A stretch of DNA of 62,372 bases from Pseudomonadota bacterium (lineage in GTDB: Bacteria; Pseudomonadota; Gammaproteobacteria; Burkholderiales; Burkholderiaceae_E). The number at the start of each line of letters is the position of its first letter. Position 1 is the stretch's first letter. Shown here in pieces: positions 1-10,605 of the stretch. Both the position numbers and the translations under genes were made by a program. Under the pieces are notes generated by a model that saw only the letters and a program-made list of their open reading frames with translations, was not told the origin of the DNA and made no database searches. Where the stretch lies: the NCBI GenBank assembly GCA_029779755.1, contig JAKOZZ010000070.1, positions 1-62,372 on the forward strand, written 5' to 3'.

Positions 1-321
1 CGTGAAGGCACGTACGCCCAGGTGCGCCTGCGCTCCGGCGAGATCCGCAAGGTGCACATCGAGTGCCGTGCGACGATCGGCGAGGTCGGCAACGAGGAGC
101 ACAGCCTGCGCGTGATCGGCAAGGCCGGTGCGAACCGCTGGCGCGGCATCCGCCCGACGGTGCGTGGCATCTGTATGAACCCGGTCGACCACCCGCACGG
201 CGGTCGTTCCAATGGTGGCGGCCACCCGCGTTCGCCGTGGGGCCAGCCGGCCAAGGGTTACAAGACCCGCAGCAACAAGCGCACTGACACGATGATCGTG
301 CAGCGTCGCGGTCGCAAGTAA
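1..321 (+). CDS. rplB: 50S ribosomal protein L2, 3' part (truncated by window start)
   Basis: Frame open from base 1 ([14 protein letters not shown]...); [11 protein letters not shown] and [10 protein letters not shown] motifs; precedes rpsS. Confidence 0.98.
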   Translation, partial: REGTYAQVRLRSGEIRKVHIECRATIGEVGNEEHSLRVIGKAGANRWRGIRPTVRGICMNPVDHPHGGRSNGGGHPRSPWGQPAKGYKTRSNKRTDTMIVQRRGRK

Positions 322-342
322 CGGGTGAAGGACGAATAAGTC

Positions 343-624
343 ATGGCACGTTCAGTCAAGAAAGGGCCGTTCGTCGACGCCCACCTGGTCAAGAAGGTCG
401 ACGCTGCGATCGCCACCAAGGACAAGCGTCCGATCAAGACCTGGTCGCGCCGCTCGACGGTGCTGCCCGACTTCATCGGGCTCACGATCGCGGTGCACAA
501 CGGGAAGCAGCACGTTCCGGTGTTCATCAACGAGAACATGGTCGGTCACAAGCTCGGCGAGTTTGCGCTCACCCGGACGTTCAAGGGCCACGCCGCGGAC
601 AAGAAGTCCTCGTCGAAGCGCTAA
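343..624 (+). CDS. rpsS: 30S ribosomal protein S19
   Basis: [12 protein letters not shown]...[12 protein letters not shown]; S10 operon order. Confidence 0.99.
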   Translation: MARSVKKGPFVDAHLVKKVDAAIATKDKRPIKTWSRRSTVLPDFIGLTIAVHNGKQHVPVFINENMVGHKLGEFALTRTFKGHAADKKSSSKR

Positions 625-633
625 GAGGTCAAC

Positions 634-963
634 ATGGAAACTCAAGCATCGTTGCGTGGTGTCCGCCTCTCCGCCCAGAAGGGTCGGCTGGTGGCCGACC
701 TGGTGCGCGGAAAACCGGTGGAACAGGCGCTGAACATCCTCACGTTCTCGCCGAAGAAGGCCGCCGGCATCGTCAAGAAGGTCCTCGAGTCCGCGATCGC
801 GAACGCCGAGCACAACGACGGCGCCGACATCGACGAGCTGCGCGTCACCACGATCCACGTGGAGAAGGGCGCGTCGCTCAAGCGCTTCCAGGCGCGGGCG
901 AAGGGGCGTGGCTGCAAGATCGAGAAGCAGACCTGCCACATCTTCGTCAAAGTCGGCAATTAA
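634..963 (+). CDS. rplV: 50S ribosomal protein L22
   Basis: [29 protein letters not shown] motifs. Confidence 0.99.
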   Translation: METQASLRGVRLSAQKGRLVADLVRGKPVEQALNILTFSPKKAAGIVKKVLESAIANAEHNDGADIDELRVTTIHVEKGASLKRFQARAKGRGCKIEKQTCHIFVKVGN

Positions 964-982
964 CCGCGATCGGACATAGACC

Positions 983-1861
983 ATGGGACAGAAAATTCAC
1001 CCGACCGGTTTCCGGCTTGCCGTCAGTCGCAACTGGTCGTCGCGCTGGTACGCGAACAATCGCCTCTTCCCGCAGATGCTCAACGAGGACCTGAAGGTCC
1101 GTGAGTACCTGCGCCGCAAGCTGAAGAGCGCTTCCGTCGGCCGCGTGCTGATCGAGCGTCCTGCCAAAAATGCGCGCATCACGATCTTCTCGGCTCGTCC
1201 GGGCGTCGTGATCGGCAAGAAGGGCGAGGACATCGAGATCCTCAAGGGCGACCTGATGCGCCTGATGGGCGTGCCGGTGCACGTCAACATCGAAGAGATC
1301 CGCAAGCCCGAGATCGACGCGCAGCTGATCGCCGACTCGATCACCCAGCAGCTCGAGAAGCGCATCATGTTCCGCCGCGCCATGAAGCGCGCGATGCAGA
1401 ACGCGATGCGTCTCGGCGCGCAGGGCATCAAGATCATGAGCTCCGGCCGCCTGAACGGTGCCGAGATCGCCCGTGTCGAGTGGTATCGCGAAGGTCGCGT
1501 GCCCCTCCACACGCTGCGGGCCGACATCGAGTACGGCTTCTCCGAGGCGCTGACGACCTACGGGATCATCGGCGTCAAGGTCTGGGTCTACAAGGGCGAC
1601 ACGCTGGGCCGCAACGACGCGCCCCAGGGTGCCGAGAAGGAAGCGGCTCAGCCCGACAAGGATGATCGCCGCAACCGTCGCCCGCCCGGACGTCCCGGTG
1701 CCCGCCCCGGTGGCCCCCGTCGTCGCGACGGAGAGCCCGAGGCGAAGAGCGCTGCCGAGAAGCCCGGTGCCGACGCTCAGAAGCCCGCTGTGAAGCGGGT
1801 GCGCAAGGCTGCAGGCCCCGCGACAGGTGCTGCCGCGGCCGAGAACAAAGCTGGCGAATAA
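983..1861 (+). CDS. rpsC: 30S ribosomal protein S3 with low-complexity C-terminal tail
   Basis: [34 protein letters not shown]. Confidence 0.99.
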   Translation: MGQKIHPTGFRLAVSRNWSSRWYANNRLFPQMLNEDLKVREYLRRKLKSASVGRVLIERPAKNARITIFSARPGVVIGKKGEDIEILKGDLMRLMGVPVHVNIEEIRKPEIDAQLIADSITQQLEKRIMFRRAMKRAMQNAMRLGAQGIKIMSSGRLNGAEIARVEWYREGRVPLHTLRADIEYGFSEALTTYGIIGVKVWVYKGDTLGRNDAPQGAEKEAAQPDKDDRRNRRPPGRPGARPGGPRRRDGEPEAKSAAEKPGADAQKPAVKRVRKAAGPATGAAAAENKAGE

Positions 1862-1871
1862 GGAGTGAGCG

Positions 1872-2288
1872 ATGCTTCAACCCGCTCGACGCAAGTATCG
1901 TAAGGAACAGAAGGGCCGCAACAAGGGCCTCGCCACGCGCGGCGCCTCGGTGGCCTTCGGCGAATTCGGCCTGAAGGCGACCGGCCGCGGCCGTCTGACC
2001 GCGCGCCAGATCGAGGCGGCCCGACGTGCGATGACCCGCCACATCAAGCGGGGCGGTCGCATCTGGATCCGCATCTTCCCGGACAAGCCGATCTCCCAGA
2101 AGCCGGCCGAAGTCCGGATGGGCAACGGCAAGGGCAACCCCGAGTACTACGTGGCCGAGATCCAGCCGGGCAAGGTGCTGTACGAGATGGACGGCGTCAA
2201 CGAAGCGCTGGCGCGCGAGGCGTTTGCCCTGGCCGCTGCCAAGCTTCCGATCGCGACCGTGTTCGTCAGCCGCATGGTCGGCGCCTGA
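1872..2288 (+). CDS. rplP: 50S ribosomal protein L16
   Basis: [25 protein letters not shown]. Confidence 0.99.
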   Translation: MLQPARRKYRKEQKGRNKGLATRGASVAFGEFGLKATGRGRLTARQIEAARRAMTRHIKRGGRIWIRIFPDKPISQKPAEVRMGNGKGNPEYYVAEIQPGKVLYEMDGVNEALAREAFALAAAKLPIATVFVSRMVGA

Positions 2289-2320
2289 ACCGGCGCACCC
2301 ACACATTCGAAGGCAAGCAG

Positions 2321-2515
2321 ATGAAAGCCACTGAACTCCGCGCCAAGGACCCCGAGGCGCTGAACAAGGAGTTGGGCGAGCTGTTGAAGGCGCAGTTCTC
2401 GCTGCGCATGCAGTTGGCCACCCAGCAACTTTCCAACACCAGCCAGCTGCGCAAGACCCGTCGCGACATCGCGCGGGTGCGCACCGTGCTCCAGGAAAAG
2501 GCGGCAGCGAAATGA
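2321..2515 (+). CDS. rpmC: 50S ribosomal protein L29
   Basis: MKATELR...[11 protein letters not shown]. Confidence 0.98.
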   Translation: MKATELRAKDPEALNKELGELLKAQFSLRMQLATQQLSNTSQLRKTRRDIARVRTVLQEKAAAK

Positions 2516-2778
2516 CCGGCGCGGAAACCAAGGCTTCCCTGAAGCGCACCCTCACCGGGCGCGTGGTCAGCAACAAGATGCAGAAGACGGTGACCGTGCT
2601 CGTCGAGCGCAAGGTCAAGCACCCGATCTACGGCAAGTACATCGTCAAGAGCACGAAGTACCACGCCCACGTCGAGACGCCCGTCAACGAGGGCGACACG
2701 GTCGAGATCCAGGAAGGTCGTCCGATCTCCAAGACCAAGGCCTGGCGCGTCACGCGCCTGGTGTCGACGGCAGCATGA
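2512..2778 (+). CDS. rpsQ: 30S ribosomal protein S17
   Basis: [26 protein letters not shown]; ATGA overlap with rpmC. Confidence 0.98.
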   Translation: MTGAETKASLKRTLTGRVVSNKMQKTVTVLVERKVKHPIYGKYIVKSTKYHAHVETPVNEGDTVEIQEGRPISKTKAWRVTRLVSTAA

Positions 2779-2784
2779 TGTTCG

Positions 2785-2806
2785 GTGGCGGACGCGGGTC
2801 CGCCAC
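2785..2806 (+). terminator. GC-rich hairpin after rpsQ (possible end of S10 transcript; no U-tract)
   Basis: GTGGCGGAC-gcgg-GTCCGCCAC perfect 9-bp stem just after the stop codon. Confidence 0.35.
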
Positions 2807-2823
2807 GCACGCAGCAAAAGAAA

Positions 2824-2853
2824 TTGCACGCATTCGCGAATGCGTGCTATGAT
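2824..2853 (+). promoter_or_regulatory. Putative sigma70 promoter of the spc operon
   Basis: TTGCAC (2824-2829), 18-bp spacer, extended -10 TGc-TATGAT (2845-2853), about 155 bp upstream of rplN. Confidence 0.65.
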
Positions 2854-3009
2854 GTAAGGCTTACGGTTTCTGGCGCAGGCCATTCGGTCCGGCGTCTCGA
2901 GTCCAAAGATCAACCCGAACCACGGGACCAAGACTGACCGCGTTATGCGGCGGTCGGCAGCACGTCTGCCGGCCTGCTTCATGCGGATTAAGTTGGGGCG
3001 GAATTAGCG

Positions 3010-3378
3010 ATGATTCAGATGCAGTCGACGTTGGACGTCGCCGACAACACGGGCGCGCGTTCGGTGATGTGTATCAAGGTGTTGGGCGGTTCCAAGCGGC
3101 GTTATGCCGGAATCGGCGACATCATCAAGGTCAGCGTCAAGGAGGCTCAGCCGCGCGGCCGGGTCAAGAAGGGCGAGATCTACAACGCGGTTGTCGTGCG
3201 CACCGCCAAGGGTGTGCGCCGGCAGGACGGCTCGTTGGTCAAGTTCGACAACAACGCGGCCGTGTTGCTCAATGCGAAGCTCGAGCCGATCGGCACTCGC
3301 ATCTTCGGCCCGGTGACGCGTGAACTGCGTACCGAGCGCTTCATGAAGATCGTGTCGCTCGCGCCCGAAGTTCTGTAA
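3010..3378 (+). CDS. rplN: 50S ribosomal protein L14
   Basis: [36 protein letters not shown]. Confidence 0.99.
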   Translation: MIQMQSTLDVADNTGARSVMCIKVLGGSKRRYAGIGDIIKVSVKEAQPRGRVKKGEIYNAVVVRTAKGVRRQDGSLVKFDNNAAVLLNAKLEPIGTRIFGPVTRELRTERFMKIVSLAPEVL

Positions 3379-3391
3379 TACGAGGGCGTCG

Positions 3392-3709
3392 ATGGAAAAG
3401 ATTCGTAAAGGTGACGAGGTCATCGTCATCACGGGCCGCGACAAGGGCAAGCGCGGGACGGTGCTGCGTCGCGTCGATGCGACGCATCTTCTCGTCGAGG
3501 GCATCAACCTCGTCAAGAAGCACCAGCGTCCCAATCCGATGAAGGGCGAGGCGGGCGGCATCGTCGACAAGGCGATGCCGATCGACCAGTCGAACGTGAT
3601 GCTGTTCAACGGCGCGACGGGCAAGGGCGACCGGGTCGGCATCAAGACCCTCGAAGACGGCAAGAAGGTCCGCGTCTTCCGCTCCAACGGTGAGATCGTC
3701 AAGGCCTGA
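3392..3709 (+). CDS. rplX: 50S ribosomal protein L24
   Basis: KOW motif [20 protein letters not shown]. Confidence 0.99.
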   Translation: MEKIRKGDEVIVITGRDKGKRGTVLRRVDATHLLVEGINLVKKHQRPNPMKGEAGGIVDKAMPIDQSNVMLFNGATGKGDRVGIKTLEDGKKVRVFRSNGEIVKA

Positions 3710-3739
3710 TGAAGGCCGGTGACTGAAGGGAATAGAGAA

Positions 3740-4279
3740 ATGGCTCGCCTGCAACAGCATTACCGCGAGAAGATCGTCCCCGACTTGATGCAGAAGTTCA
3801 GCTACAAGTCGGTGATGGAAGTGCCGCGCATCACGAAGATCACCCTGAACATGGGTGTGTCCGAGGCGGTCGCCGACAAGAAGGTGATCGAGCACGCGAC
3901 CGGCGACATGACCAAGATCGCCGGCCAGAAGCCGGTCGTGACGAAGGCGAAGAAGTCGATCGCCGGCTTCAAGATCCGCGAGGGGTATCCGATCGGCTGC
4001 ATGGTCACGCTCCGTGGCGCGCGCATGTACGAGTTCCTCGACCGGTTCGTGACGATCGCACTGCCGCGTGTTCGCGACTTCCGCGGCATCTCCGGTCGTG
4101 CGTTCGATGGCCGCGGCAACTACAACGTCGGGGTCAAGGAACAGATCATCTTCCCCGAGATCGATTACGACAAGGTCGATGCGCTGCGCGGCATGAACAT
4201 CAGCATCACGACGACCGCGAAAACCGACGATGAAGCCAAGGCGCTGCTGGCTGCCTTCCGCTTCCCTTTCCGCAACTGA
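3740..4279 (+). CDS. rplE: 50S ribosomal protein L5
   Basis: ATG 3740 (MARLQQHY); [17 protein letters not shown]. Confidence 0.99.
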   Translation: MARLQQHYREKIVPDLMQKFSYKSVMEVPRITKITLNMGVSEAVADKKVIEHATGDMTKIAGQKPVVTKAKKSIAGFKIREGYPIGCMVTLRGARMYEFLDRFVTIALPRVRDFRGISGRAFDGRGNYNVGVKEQIIFPEIDYDKVDALRGMNISITTTAKTDDEAKALLAAFRFPFRN

Positions 4280-4290
4280 GGGTTACTGAA

Positions 4291-4596
4291 TTGGCCAAGC
4301 TCTCTTTGATCAATCGCGAGCTCAAGCGCGAAGCGCTGGTGAAGAAGTTCGCGAAGAAACGTGCTGAGCTGAACGCGATCATCAGCGACCAGTCGCAGTC
4401 CGAGGAAACGCGCTACCAGGCGCGTCTCAAGCTGCAGCAACTGCCGCGCAATTCGAGCCCGACTCGCCTGCGCAACCGTTGCGAGCTGACCGGGCGTCCG
4501 CGCGGCACCTTCCGGAAATTCGGGCTGGGGCGCAACAAGTTGCGCGAGATCGCGATGCGCGGCGAAGTGCCGGGCATCACCAAAGCGAGCTGGTAA
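4291..4596 (+). CDS. rpsN: 30S ribosomal protein S14 (101-aa, Zn-independent type), TTG start
   Basis: [14 protein letters not shown]...PGITKASW. Confidence 0.98.
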   Translation: MAKLSLINRELKREALVKKFAKKRAELNAIISDQSQSEETRYQARLKLQQLPRNSSPTRLRNRCELTGRPRGTFRKFGLGRNKLREIAMRGEVPGITKASW

Positions 4597-4609
4597 CGAG
4601 GAATTCAAC

Positions 4610-5005
4610 ATGAGCATGAGCGATCCGATCGCCGACATGTTCACGCGCATCCGCAACGGGCAGCGCGTGGAAAAGGATTCGGTGACGATGCCGTCGTCGA
4701 AGCTGAAAGTGGCGATTGCCCAGGTGCTGAAGGACGAGGGCTACATCGAGGGCTTCAGCGTGAAGACCGACGGTGCCAAGGCCGAACTGCAGGTGCAGTT
4801 GAAGTACTACGCCGGGCGCCCCGTCATCGAACGCATCGAGCGCGTCTCCCGTCCCGGCCTGCGTATCTACAAAGGCCATGGCGAGATCCCCCAGGTGCTG
4901 AACGGTCTGGGTGTTGCCATCGTGACGACGTCGCGCGGCGTGATGACCGACCGCCGTGCGCGGGCTACCGGCGTGGGCGGTGAAGTCATCGCCTACGTGG
5001 CTTGA
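4610..5005 (+). CDS. rpsH: 30S ribosomal protein S8
   Basis: [28 protein letters not shown]. Confidence 0.99.
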   Translation: MSMSDPIADMFTRIRNGQRVEKDSVTMPSSKLKVAIAQVLKDEGYIEGFSVKTDGAKAELQVQLKYYAGRPVIERIERVSRPGLRIYKGHGEIPQVLNGLGVAIVTTSRGVMTDRRARATGVGGEVIAYVA

Positions 5006-5016
5006 GGAGGGCTGCG

Positions 5017-5550
5017 ATGTCTCGTGTTGCCCGCATGCCCATCACCCTGCCGGGTGGTGTGGACGTCAACGTCGACGCCGCGTCGATCTCCGTCAAGGGG
5101 CCGTTGGGCACCCTCGTCCAGGCGATCAACCCGCTCGTCACGATCCGCAAGGAAGGTTCCGACCTGCTCGTCTCCGCCGTCGACGAAAGTCGTCTGGCCG
5201 TGGCACTCAGCGGCACGTTCCGTGCGCTGGTGGCCAACATGGTCCACGGCGTGACGAAGGGGTTCGAGCGTCGCCTCACGCTGGTTGGTACGGGATACCG
5301 TGCCCAGGCGTCGGGCGCGAACCTCAACCTCTCGCTCGGTTTCTCGCATCCGGTGGTGCACGCACTGCCCGATGGCGTGAAGGCCGAGACGCCGACCCAG
5401 ACCGAGATCGTGCTCAAGAGCACCGACAAGCAGAAGGTTGGACAGGTCGCTGCAGAGATTCGTGCCTACCGTCCGCCCGAGCCCTACAAGGGCAAGGGTG
5501 TGCGCTACACCGGTGAGGTGGTCGCGCTCAAGGAAGTCAAGAAGAAGTAA
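5017..5550 (+). CDS. rplF: 50S ribosomal protein L6
   Basis: ATG 5017 after GAGGAG; [13 protein letters not shown]. Confidence 0.99.
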   Translation: MSRVARMPITLPGGVDVNVDAASISVKGPLGTLVQAINPLVTIRKEGSDLLVSAVDESRLAVALSGTFRALVANMVHGVTKGFERRLTLVGTGYRAQASGANLNLSLGFSHPVVHALPDGVKAETPTQTEIVLKSTDKQKVGQVAAEIRAYRPPEPYKGKGVRYTGEVVALKEVKKK

Positions 5551-5582
5551 GCGGACCGCTCAACAGGACAGGACATCAGGCG

Positions 5583-5948
5583 ATGGACAAGAAACTAGCT
5601 CGTTTGCGCCGTGCCCGCCAGACTCGGTTGAAGATCCGCGAACTGCGGGTCAACCGGTTGACGGTGTTTCGGACGAATACCCACATCTACGCAAGCATCA
5701 CGGATGCCGGCGGCGAACGCGTCCTCGTGACGGCGTCGACGGTCGAGCCGGGCGTGCGTTCCCAGCTGGCCGGACAGACGGGTCGCGGCGGCAATGCCGA
5801 TGCGGCCGCGATCGTCGGCAAGCTGATCGCAGAGAAGGCGCTGAAGGCCGGAATCGATTCCGTGGCCTTCGATCGGGCCGGGTACCGCTTCCACGGTCGG
5901 GTCAAGGCGCTCGCCGAGGCCGCGCGCGAAGCCGGCCTGAAGTTCTGA
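5583..5948 (+). CDS. rplR: 50S ribosomal protein L18
   Basis: [37 protein letters not shown]. Confidence 0.99.
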   Translation: MDKKLARLRRARQTRLKIRELRVNRLTVFRTNTHIYASITDAGGERVLVTASTVEPGVRSQLAGQTGRGGNADAAAIVGKLIAEKALKAGIDSVAFDRAGYRFHGRVKALAEAAREAGLKF

Positions 5949-5964
5949 CGGACAGGATTCGAAC

Positions 5965-6483
5965 ATGGCGAAGATTCAGGCACGCGTCGGCGGCGAAGAG
6001 CGCGACGACGGACTCAAGGAAAAGATGATCGCGGTCAACCGCGTCACCAAGGTGGTGAAGGGCGGCCGGATCCTCGGCTTTGCCGCACTGACCGTGGTGG
6101 GCGACGGCGACGGCCGGATCGGCATGGGCAAGGGCAAGGCGCGTGAAGTGCCGGTGGCCGTGCAGAAGGCGATGGACGAGGCGCGGCGCAAGATGGTCAA
6201 GGTGAGCCTGCGCGGCGGCACCCTGCAGCACACGGTGCTCGGCCGTCACGGCGCATCCAGCGTGTTTCTCGCGCCGGCCCCTGCCGGTACGGGCATCATC
6301 GCCGGTGGTCCGATGCGCGCGATCTTCGAGGTGATGGGCGTGACGAACGTGGTGGCCAAGAGCCACGGTTCGACGAACCCGTACAACCTGGTGCGCGCCA
6401 CGATCAATGCCCTGCAGAACATGAGCACGCCGTCGGAAATCGCGGCGAAACGCGGCAAGACGATCGAGGAAATCTTCGGCTGA
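5965..6483 (+). CDS. rpsE: 30S ribosomal protein S5
   Basis: [26 protein letters not shown]. Confidence 0.99.
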   Translation: MAKIQARVGGEERDDGLKEKMIAVNRVTKVVKGGRILGFAALTVVGDGDGRIGMGKGKAREVPVAVQKAMDEARRKMVKVSLRGGTLQHTVLGRHGASSVFLAPAPAGTGIIAGGPMRAIFEVMGVTNVVAKSHGSTNPYNLVRATINALQNMSTPSEIAAKRGKTIEEIFG

Positions 6484-6536
6484 ACGGCCGGAGCGCGGGT
6501 GGCCGTCGAAGAGGCGGCGCTCGTTCGGAGAATGCG

Positions 6537-6716
6537 ATGAGCAAGAAGACACTCAAGGTGACGCTGGTCCGGAGTCCCAACGGTACCCGCGGTTCCCACC
6601 GTGCGACCGTGCTGGGGCTGGGTCTCAAGAAGATTCGCCAGACGCGCGAGCTCGAGGACACCCCGGCCGTGCGTGGAATGATCAACAAGGTTTCCTATCT
6701 CGTTCGCGTCGAATGA
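6537..6716 (+). CDS. rpmD: 50S ribosomal protein L30 (59 aa; absent from ORF track)
   Basis: Hand translation [59 protein letters not shown]; GGAG SD; between rpsE and rplO. Confidence 0.97.
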   Translation: MSKKTLKVTLVRSPNGTRGSHRATVLGLGLKKIRQTRELEDTPAVRGMINKVSYLVRVE

Positions 6717-6730
6717 GCGCGGAGTCGAAT

Positions 6731-7162
6731 ATGCGTCTGAATGGATTGAAACCGGCCGAAGGTTCGAAGCACCCCGCCAAGCGCGTCGGTCGCGGGATCG
6801 GCTCGGGCCTGGGCAAGACCGCGGGTCGCGGTCACAAGGGTCAGAAATCGCGTGCCGGCGGCTTCCACAAGGTGGGCTTCGAGGGCGGCCAGATGCCGCT
6901 GCAACGTCGCCTGCCGAAGCGTGGGTTCAAGTCGATGAGCGCGGGCGATACGGCCGAAGTGCGTCTGTCGGATCTCGAGCGCCTGGGCGCCGACGAAGTC
7001 GACCTCCTGACGCTGAAGTCGGCCAACCTGGTGCCGCAGCTGGCGAAGGGTGCGAAGGTCATCCTGGCAGGCAGCATCACGCGCAAGGTGACGCTGCGCG
7101 GCATCGGCGCGACGAAAGGCGCCAAGGCGGCCATCGAGGCTGCCGGCGGCGTGCTGGCCTGA
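6731..7162 (+). CDS. rplO: 50S ribosomal protein L15
   Basis: ATG 6731; [30 protein letters not shown]. Confidence 0.99.
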   Translation: MRLNGLKPAEGSKHPAKRVGRGIGSGLGKTAGRGHKGQKSRAGGFHKVGFEGGQMPLQRRLPKRGFKSMSAGDTAEVRLSDLERLGADEVDLLTLKSANLVPQLAKGAKVILAGSITRKVTLRGIGATKGAKAAIEAAGGVLA

Positions 7163-7206
7163 CGGCGGCAGTGCACGTCCTCACCTGACTCTCGGACAGC
7201 GTTCAC

Positions 7207-8535
7207 GTGGCAACCGCATCGACGGCGTTGGCTAAATCGGGCAAGTTCGGCGACCTGAAGCGTCGGCTGTGGTTCCTGCTGGCGGCGCTCGTGGTCTTCC
7301 GGATCGGCGCGCACGTGCCGGTGCCGGGCATCGACCCCGACCAGCTCGCGCAGCTGTTCAAGAGCCAGCAGGGCGGCATCCTGGGCATGTTCAACATGTT
7401 CTCGGGGGGCGCGCTCTCGCGGTTCACGGTGTTCGCGTTGGGGATCATGCCGTACATCTCGGCGTCGATCATCATGCAGCTGCTCACCGTCGTGGTGCCG
7501 CAGTTCGAGGCGCTCAAGAAGGAAGGCGAGGCGGGCCGCCGTACGATCACGAAGTACACGCGCTGGTTCACGGTTGCGCTTGCGACGTTCCAGGCGCTGG
7601 GGATCGCGGTGGCGCTCGAAGCGCAGCCCGGCCTCGTGCTGGATCCGGGCATCCAGTTCCGGTTCACCACGGTGGTGTCGCTGCTGACCGGCACGATGTT
7701 CCTGATGTGGCTGGGCGAGCAGATCACCGAGCGCGGGCTGGGCAACGGCATCTCGATCATCATCTTTGCGGGCATCGCCTCCGGGCTGCCGGGCGCGCTG
7801 GCGGGCATGGCGGAACTCGTCCGCACCGGGTCGCTCAGTGCGCTGGTGGCGCTGCTGATCGTCGTGCTGGCCGTGGCGGTGACGGCAGCGGTGGTGTTCG
7901 TGGAGCGCGGGCAGCGCAAGATCACCGTGAACTACGCGAAGCGCCAGGTCGGCAACAAGATCTACGGCGGCCAGACGTCGCATCTGCCGCTGAAGCTGAA
8001 CATGGCTGGCGTGATTCCGCCGATCTTCGCGTCGTCGATCATCCTGTTCCCGGCCACGCTCGCGCAGTGGTTCACCTCCGGCGATTCGACGAATCCGGTC
8101 GTGCGGGTGCTGAAGGACGTTGCCGCGACGCTGTCGCCGGGGCAGCCGATCTACATCCTGCTGTACGCGGCGGCGATCGTGTTCTTCTGCTTCTTCTACA
8201 CCGCGCTGGTGTTCAACAGCCGCGAGACGGCCGACAATCTGAAGAAGAGCGGCGCGTTCGTCCCGGGCATCCGTCCGGGCGAGCAGACCGCGCGGTACAT
8301 CGACAAGATCCTGGTGCGGCTGACGCTGGCCGGGGCGATCTACATCACCGGCGTGTGCCTGTTGCCGGAGTTGCTGGTTCTGAAGTGGAACGTTCCCTTC
8401 TATTTCGGAGGAACGTCGTTGCTGATCATCGTGGTGGTCACGATGGACTTCATGGCGCAGGTGCAGGCGTACGTGATGTCGCATCAGTACGAGAGTCTGC
8501 TCAAGAAGTCCAACGCGAAAGGCCTGGGTGCCTGA
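7207..8535 (+). CDS. secY: Preprotein translocase subunit SecY
   Basis: [31 protein letters not shown]; many TM segments. Confidence 0.99.
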   Translation: MATASTALAKSGKFGDLKRRLWFLLAALVVFRIGAHVPVPGIDPDQLAQLFKSQQGGILGMFNMFSGGALSRFTVFALGIMPYISASIIMQLLTVVVPQFEALKKEGEAGRRTITKYTRWFTVALATFQALGIAVALEAQPGLVLDPGIQFRFTTVVSLLTGTMFLMWLGEQITERGLGNGISIIIFAGIASGLPGALAGMAELVRTGSLSALVALLIVVLAVAVTAAVVFVERGQRKITVNYAKRQVGNKIYGGQTSHLPLKLNMAGVIPPIFASSIILFPATLAQWFTSGDSTNPVVRVLKDVAATLSPGQPIYILLYAAAIVFFCFFYTALVFNSRETADNLKKSGAFVPGIRPGEQTARYIDKILVRLTLAGAIYITGVCLLPELLVLKWNVPFYFGGTSLLIIVVVTMDFMAQVQAYVMSHQYESLLKKSNAKGLGA

Positions 8536-8548
8536 GACCTGAGTACCG

Positions 8549-8821
8549 ATGAGCCGGCGTCCGCGCAACGCACCGCAGAAGAGGGATTCCGGCTCGGGGA
8601 TTTCGAGCAAGGAAGACGTCATCCAGATGCAGGGCGAGGTGGTGGAAAACCTCCCCAACGCGACGTTCCGGGTCAGATTGGAAAACGGTCACATGGTGCT
8701 GGGGCACATATCGGGAAAGATGAGGATGCACTACATCCGCATCCTCCCTGGAGACAAGGTCACCGTGGAGCTCACGCCGTATGACCTTTCGCGGGCGCGT
8801 ATCGTGTTCCGGACGAAGTAG
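8549..8821 (+). CDS. infA: Translation initiation factor IF-1 (start uncertain)
   Basis: [22 protein letters not shown]...[18 protein letters not shown]. Confidence 0.96.
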   Translation: MSRRPRNAPQKRDSGSGISSKEDVIQMQGEVVENLPNATFRVRLENGHMVLGHISGKMRMHYIRILPGDKVTVELTPYDLSRARIVFRTK

Positions 8822-8854
8822 TCCGGGGTTTAGAGATTTGGATCGAGGTGAAGC

Positions 8855-8968
8855 ATGAAAGTGATGGCGTCTGTCAAGAAGATCTGCCGCAACTGCAAGG
8901 TGATCAAGCGTAATGGCGTGGTGCGTGTGATCTGTACGGATCCTCGTCACAAGCAACGCCAGGGTTAA
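8855..8968 (+). CDS. rpmJ: 50S ribosomal protein L36, Zn-ribbon type (37 aa; absent from ORF track)
   Basis: Hand translation [37 protein letters not shown]; GAGGTG SD. Confidence 0.98.
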   Translation: MKVMASVKKICRNCKVIKRNGVVRVICTDPRHKQRQG

Positions 8969-8980
8969 CAGAGGACGAGC

Positions 8981-9346
8981 ATGGCACGTATTGCCGGTAT
9001 CAACATTCCCGACCGTCAGCACACCGAGATCGGGCTGACGGCCATCTACGGCATCGGTCGCGCGCGTGCGCGCGCCATCTGCGAGGCGGCGGGCATCGCC
9101 TTCAGCAAGAAGGTCAAGGACCTGAGCGACGCCGAGATGGAGCGCATCCGCGAACAGCTGTCGCGCTTCACCGTCGAAGGTGACCTTCGCCGTGAAGTCT
9201 CGATGTCGATCAAGCGCCTGATGGACCTCGGCTGCTACCGCGGCGTGCGTCATCGCCGCGGCCTGCCGCTGCGCGGTCAGCGCACCCGCACGAATGCGCG
9301 TACCCGCAAGGGGCCGCGCAAGGCCGGCGTCGCGCTGAAGAAATAA
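8981..9346 (+). CDS. rpsM: 30S ribosomal protein S13
   Basis: [24 protein letters not shown]. Confidence 0.99.
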   Translation: MARIAGINIPDRQHTEIGLTAIYGIGRARARAICEAAGIAFSKKVKDLSDAEMERIREQLSRFTVEGDLRREVSMSIKRLMDLGCYRGVRHRRGLPLRGQRTRTNARTRKGPRKAGVALKK

Positions 9347-9364
9347 ACCCAGGACGGACAAGCG

Positions 9365-9781
9365 ATGGCAACGAAATCCCAGAGCGCTGCGGCAGCCGCC
9401 GCAGCGGCGCGCAACCGCAAGAAGGCGAAGAAGAACGTCTCCGACGGAATCGCGCACATTCACGCGTCGTTCAACAACACGATCATCACGATCACCGACC
9501 GCCAGGGCAACGCCCTGTCGTGGGCGACGTCGGGTGGCGCGGGCTTCAAGGGCTCGCGCAAGTCGACGCCCTTTGCGGCCCAGGTGGCGGCCGAAACGGC
9601 CGGCCGTGCGGCGCAGGAATGCGGCATCAAGAACCTCGAGGTCCAGATCAAGGGCCCCGGCCCGGGTCGCGAGTCCTCGGTGCGCGCGCTGAACGCCCTC
9701 GGCATCAAGATCATCCAGATCCAGGACGTGACGCCGATCCCGCACAACGGCTGCCGTCCGCCGAAGCGCCGTCGCATCTGA
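9365..9781 (+). CDS. rpsK: 30S ribosomal protein S11
   Basis: [30 protein letters not shown]. Confidence 0.99.
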   Translation: MATKSQSAAAAAAAARNRKKAKKNVSDGIAHIHASFNNTIITITDRQGNALSWATSGGAGFKGSRKSTPFAAQVAAETAGRAAQECGIKNLEVQIKGPGPGRESSVRALNALGIKIIQIQDVTPIPHNGCRPPKRRRI

Positions 9782-9965
9782 TCGAAGCACGGCCGTCGTC
9801 CGGCGGCCGTCGCGCGCGCTCCCTCGGGTGCCGGCGCGGAATCACCGGACATGAAAGACCACCGTCTGCCGCCCCCGCCATCCGCTGCGGGGGGATCGCC
9901 TTGGGCGGGCAGACTAACCGCGCCGCACCTCGACCGGTGCATGCGCGTATTCATGAGGAATCGTC

Positions 9966-10589
9966 GTGGCACGTTATATCGGACCAAAGGCCAAGCTGTC
10001 CCGCCGTGAAGGGACGGACCTGTTTCTCAAGAGCGCCCGTCGGGGCCTCGACAGCAAGTGCAAGCTCGACAGCAAGCCCGGCCAGCACGGCCGCACGTCG
10101 GGCGCGCGTACGTCCGACTTCGGACTGCAGCTGCGCGAGAAGCAGAAGGTCAAGCGCATGTACGGCGTTCTCGAGCGCCAGTTCCGCCGTTACTTCGCCG
10201 AGGCCGAGCGCCGGCGCGGCAACACGGGCGAGAACCTGCTGAAGCTGCTCGAATGCCGTCTGGACAACGTCGTCTATCGCATGGGCTTCGCCTCGACCCG
10301 CGCCGAAGCGCGTCAGCTGGTCAGCCACAAGGCCATCGCGGTGAACGGCCAGGCGCTGAACATCCCGTCGGCGCTGGTGCGTCCGAACGACGTCGTCGTG
10401 GTCCGCGAGAAGGCCAAGAAGCAGGCGCGCATCCAGGATGCGCTGAACCTCGCCGAGCAGGCGGGTCTGCCCGGTTGGGTGTCGGTGGACAAGAGCAAGC
10501 TGGAAGGGGTCTTCAAGGCGATCCCCGACCGCAGTGACCTGTCGGCCGATATCAACGAGAGCTTGATCGTCGAGTTGTACTCGCGTTAA
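9966..10589 (+). CDS. rpsD: 30S ribosomal protein S4 (GTG start)
   Basis: [30 protein letters not shown]. Confidence 0.99.
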   Translation: MARYIGPKAKLSRREGTDLFLKSARRGLDSKCKLDSKPGQHGRTSGARTSDFGLQLREKQKVKRMYGVLERQFRRYFAEAERRRGNTGENLLKLLECRLDNVVYRMGFASTRAEARQLVSHKAIAVNGQALNIPSALVRPNDVVVVREKAKKQARIQDALNLAEQAGLPGWVSVDKSKLEGVFKAIPDRSDLSADINESLIVELYSR

Positions 10590-10605
10590 TCGAAGGGGTT
10601 CCTTT

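Noticed and set aside
1600-1861. Long Pro/Arg/Ala-rich tail of S3
   Set aside because: Such tails are usual in betaproteobacterial S3
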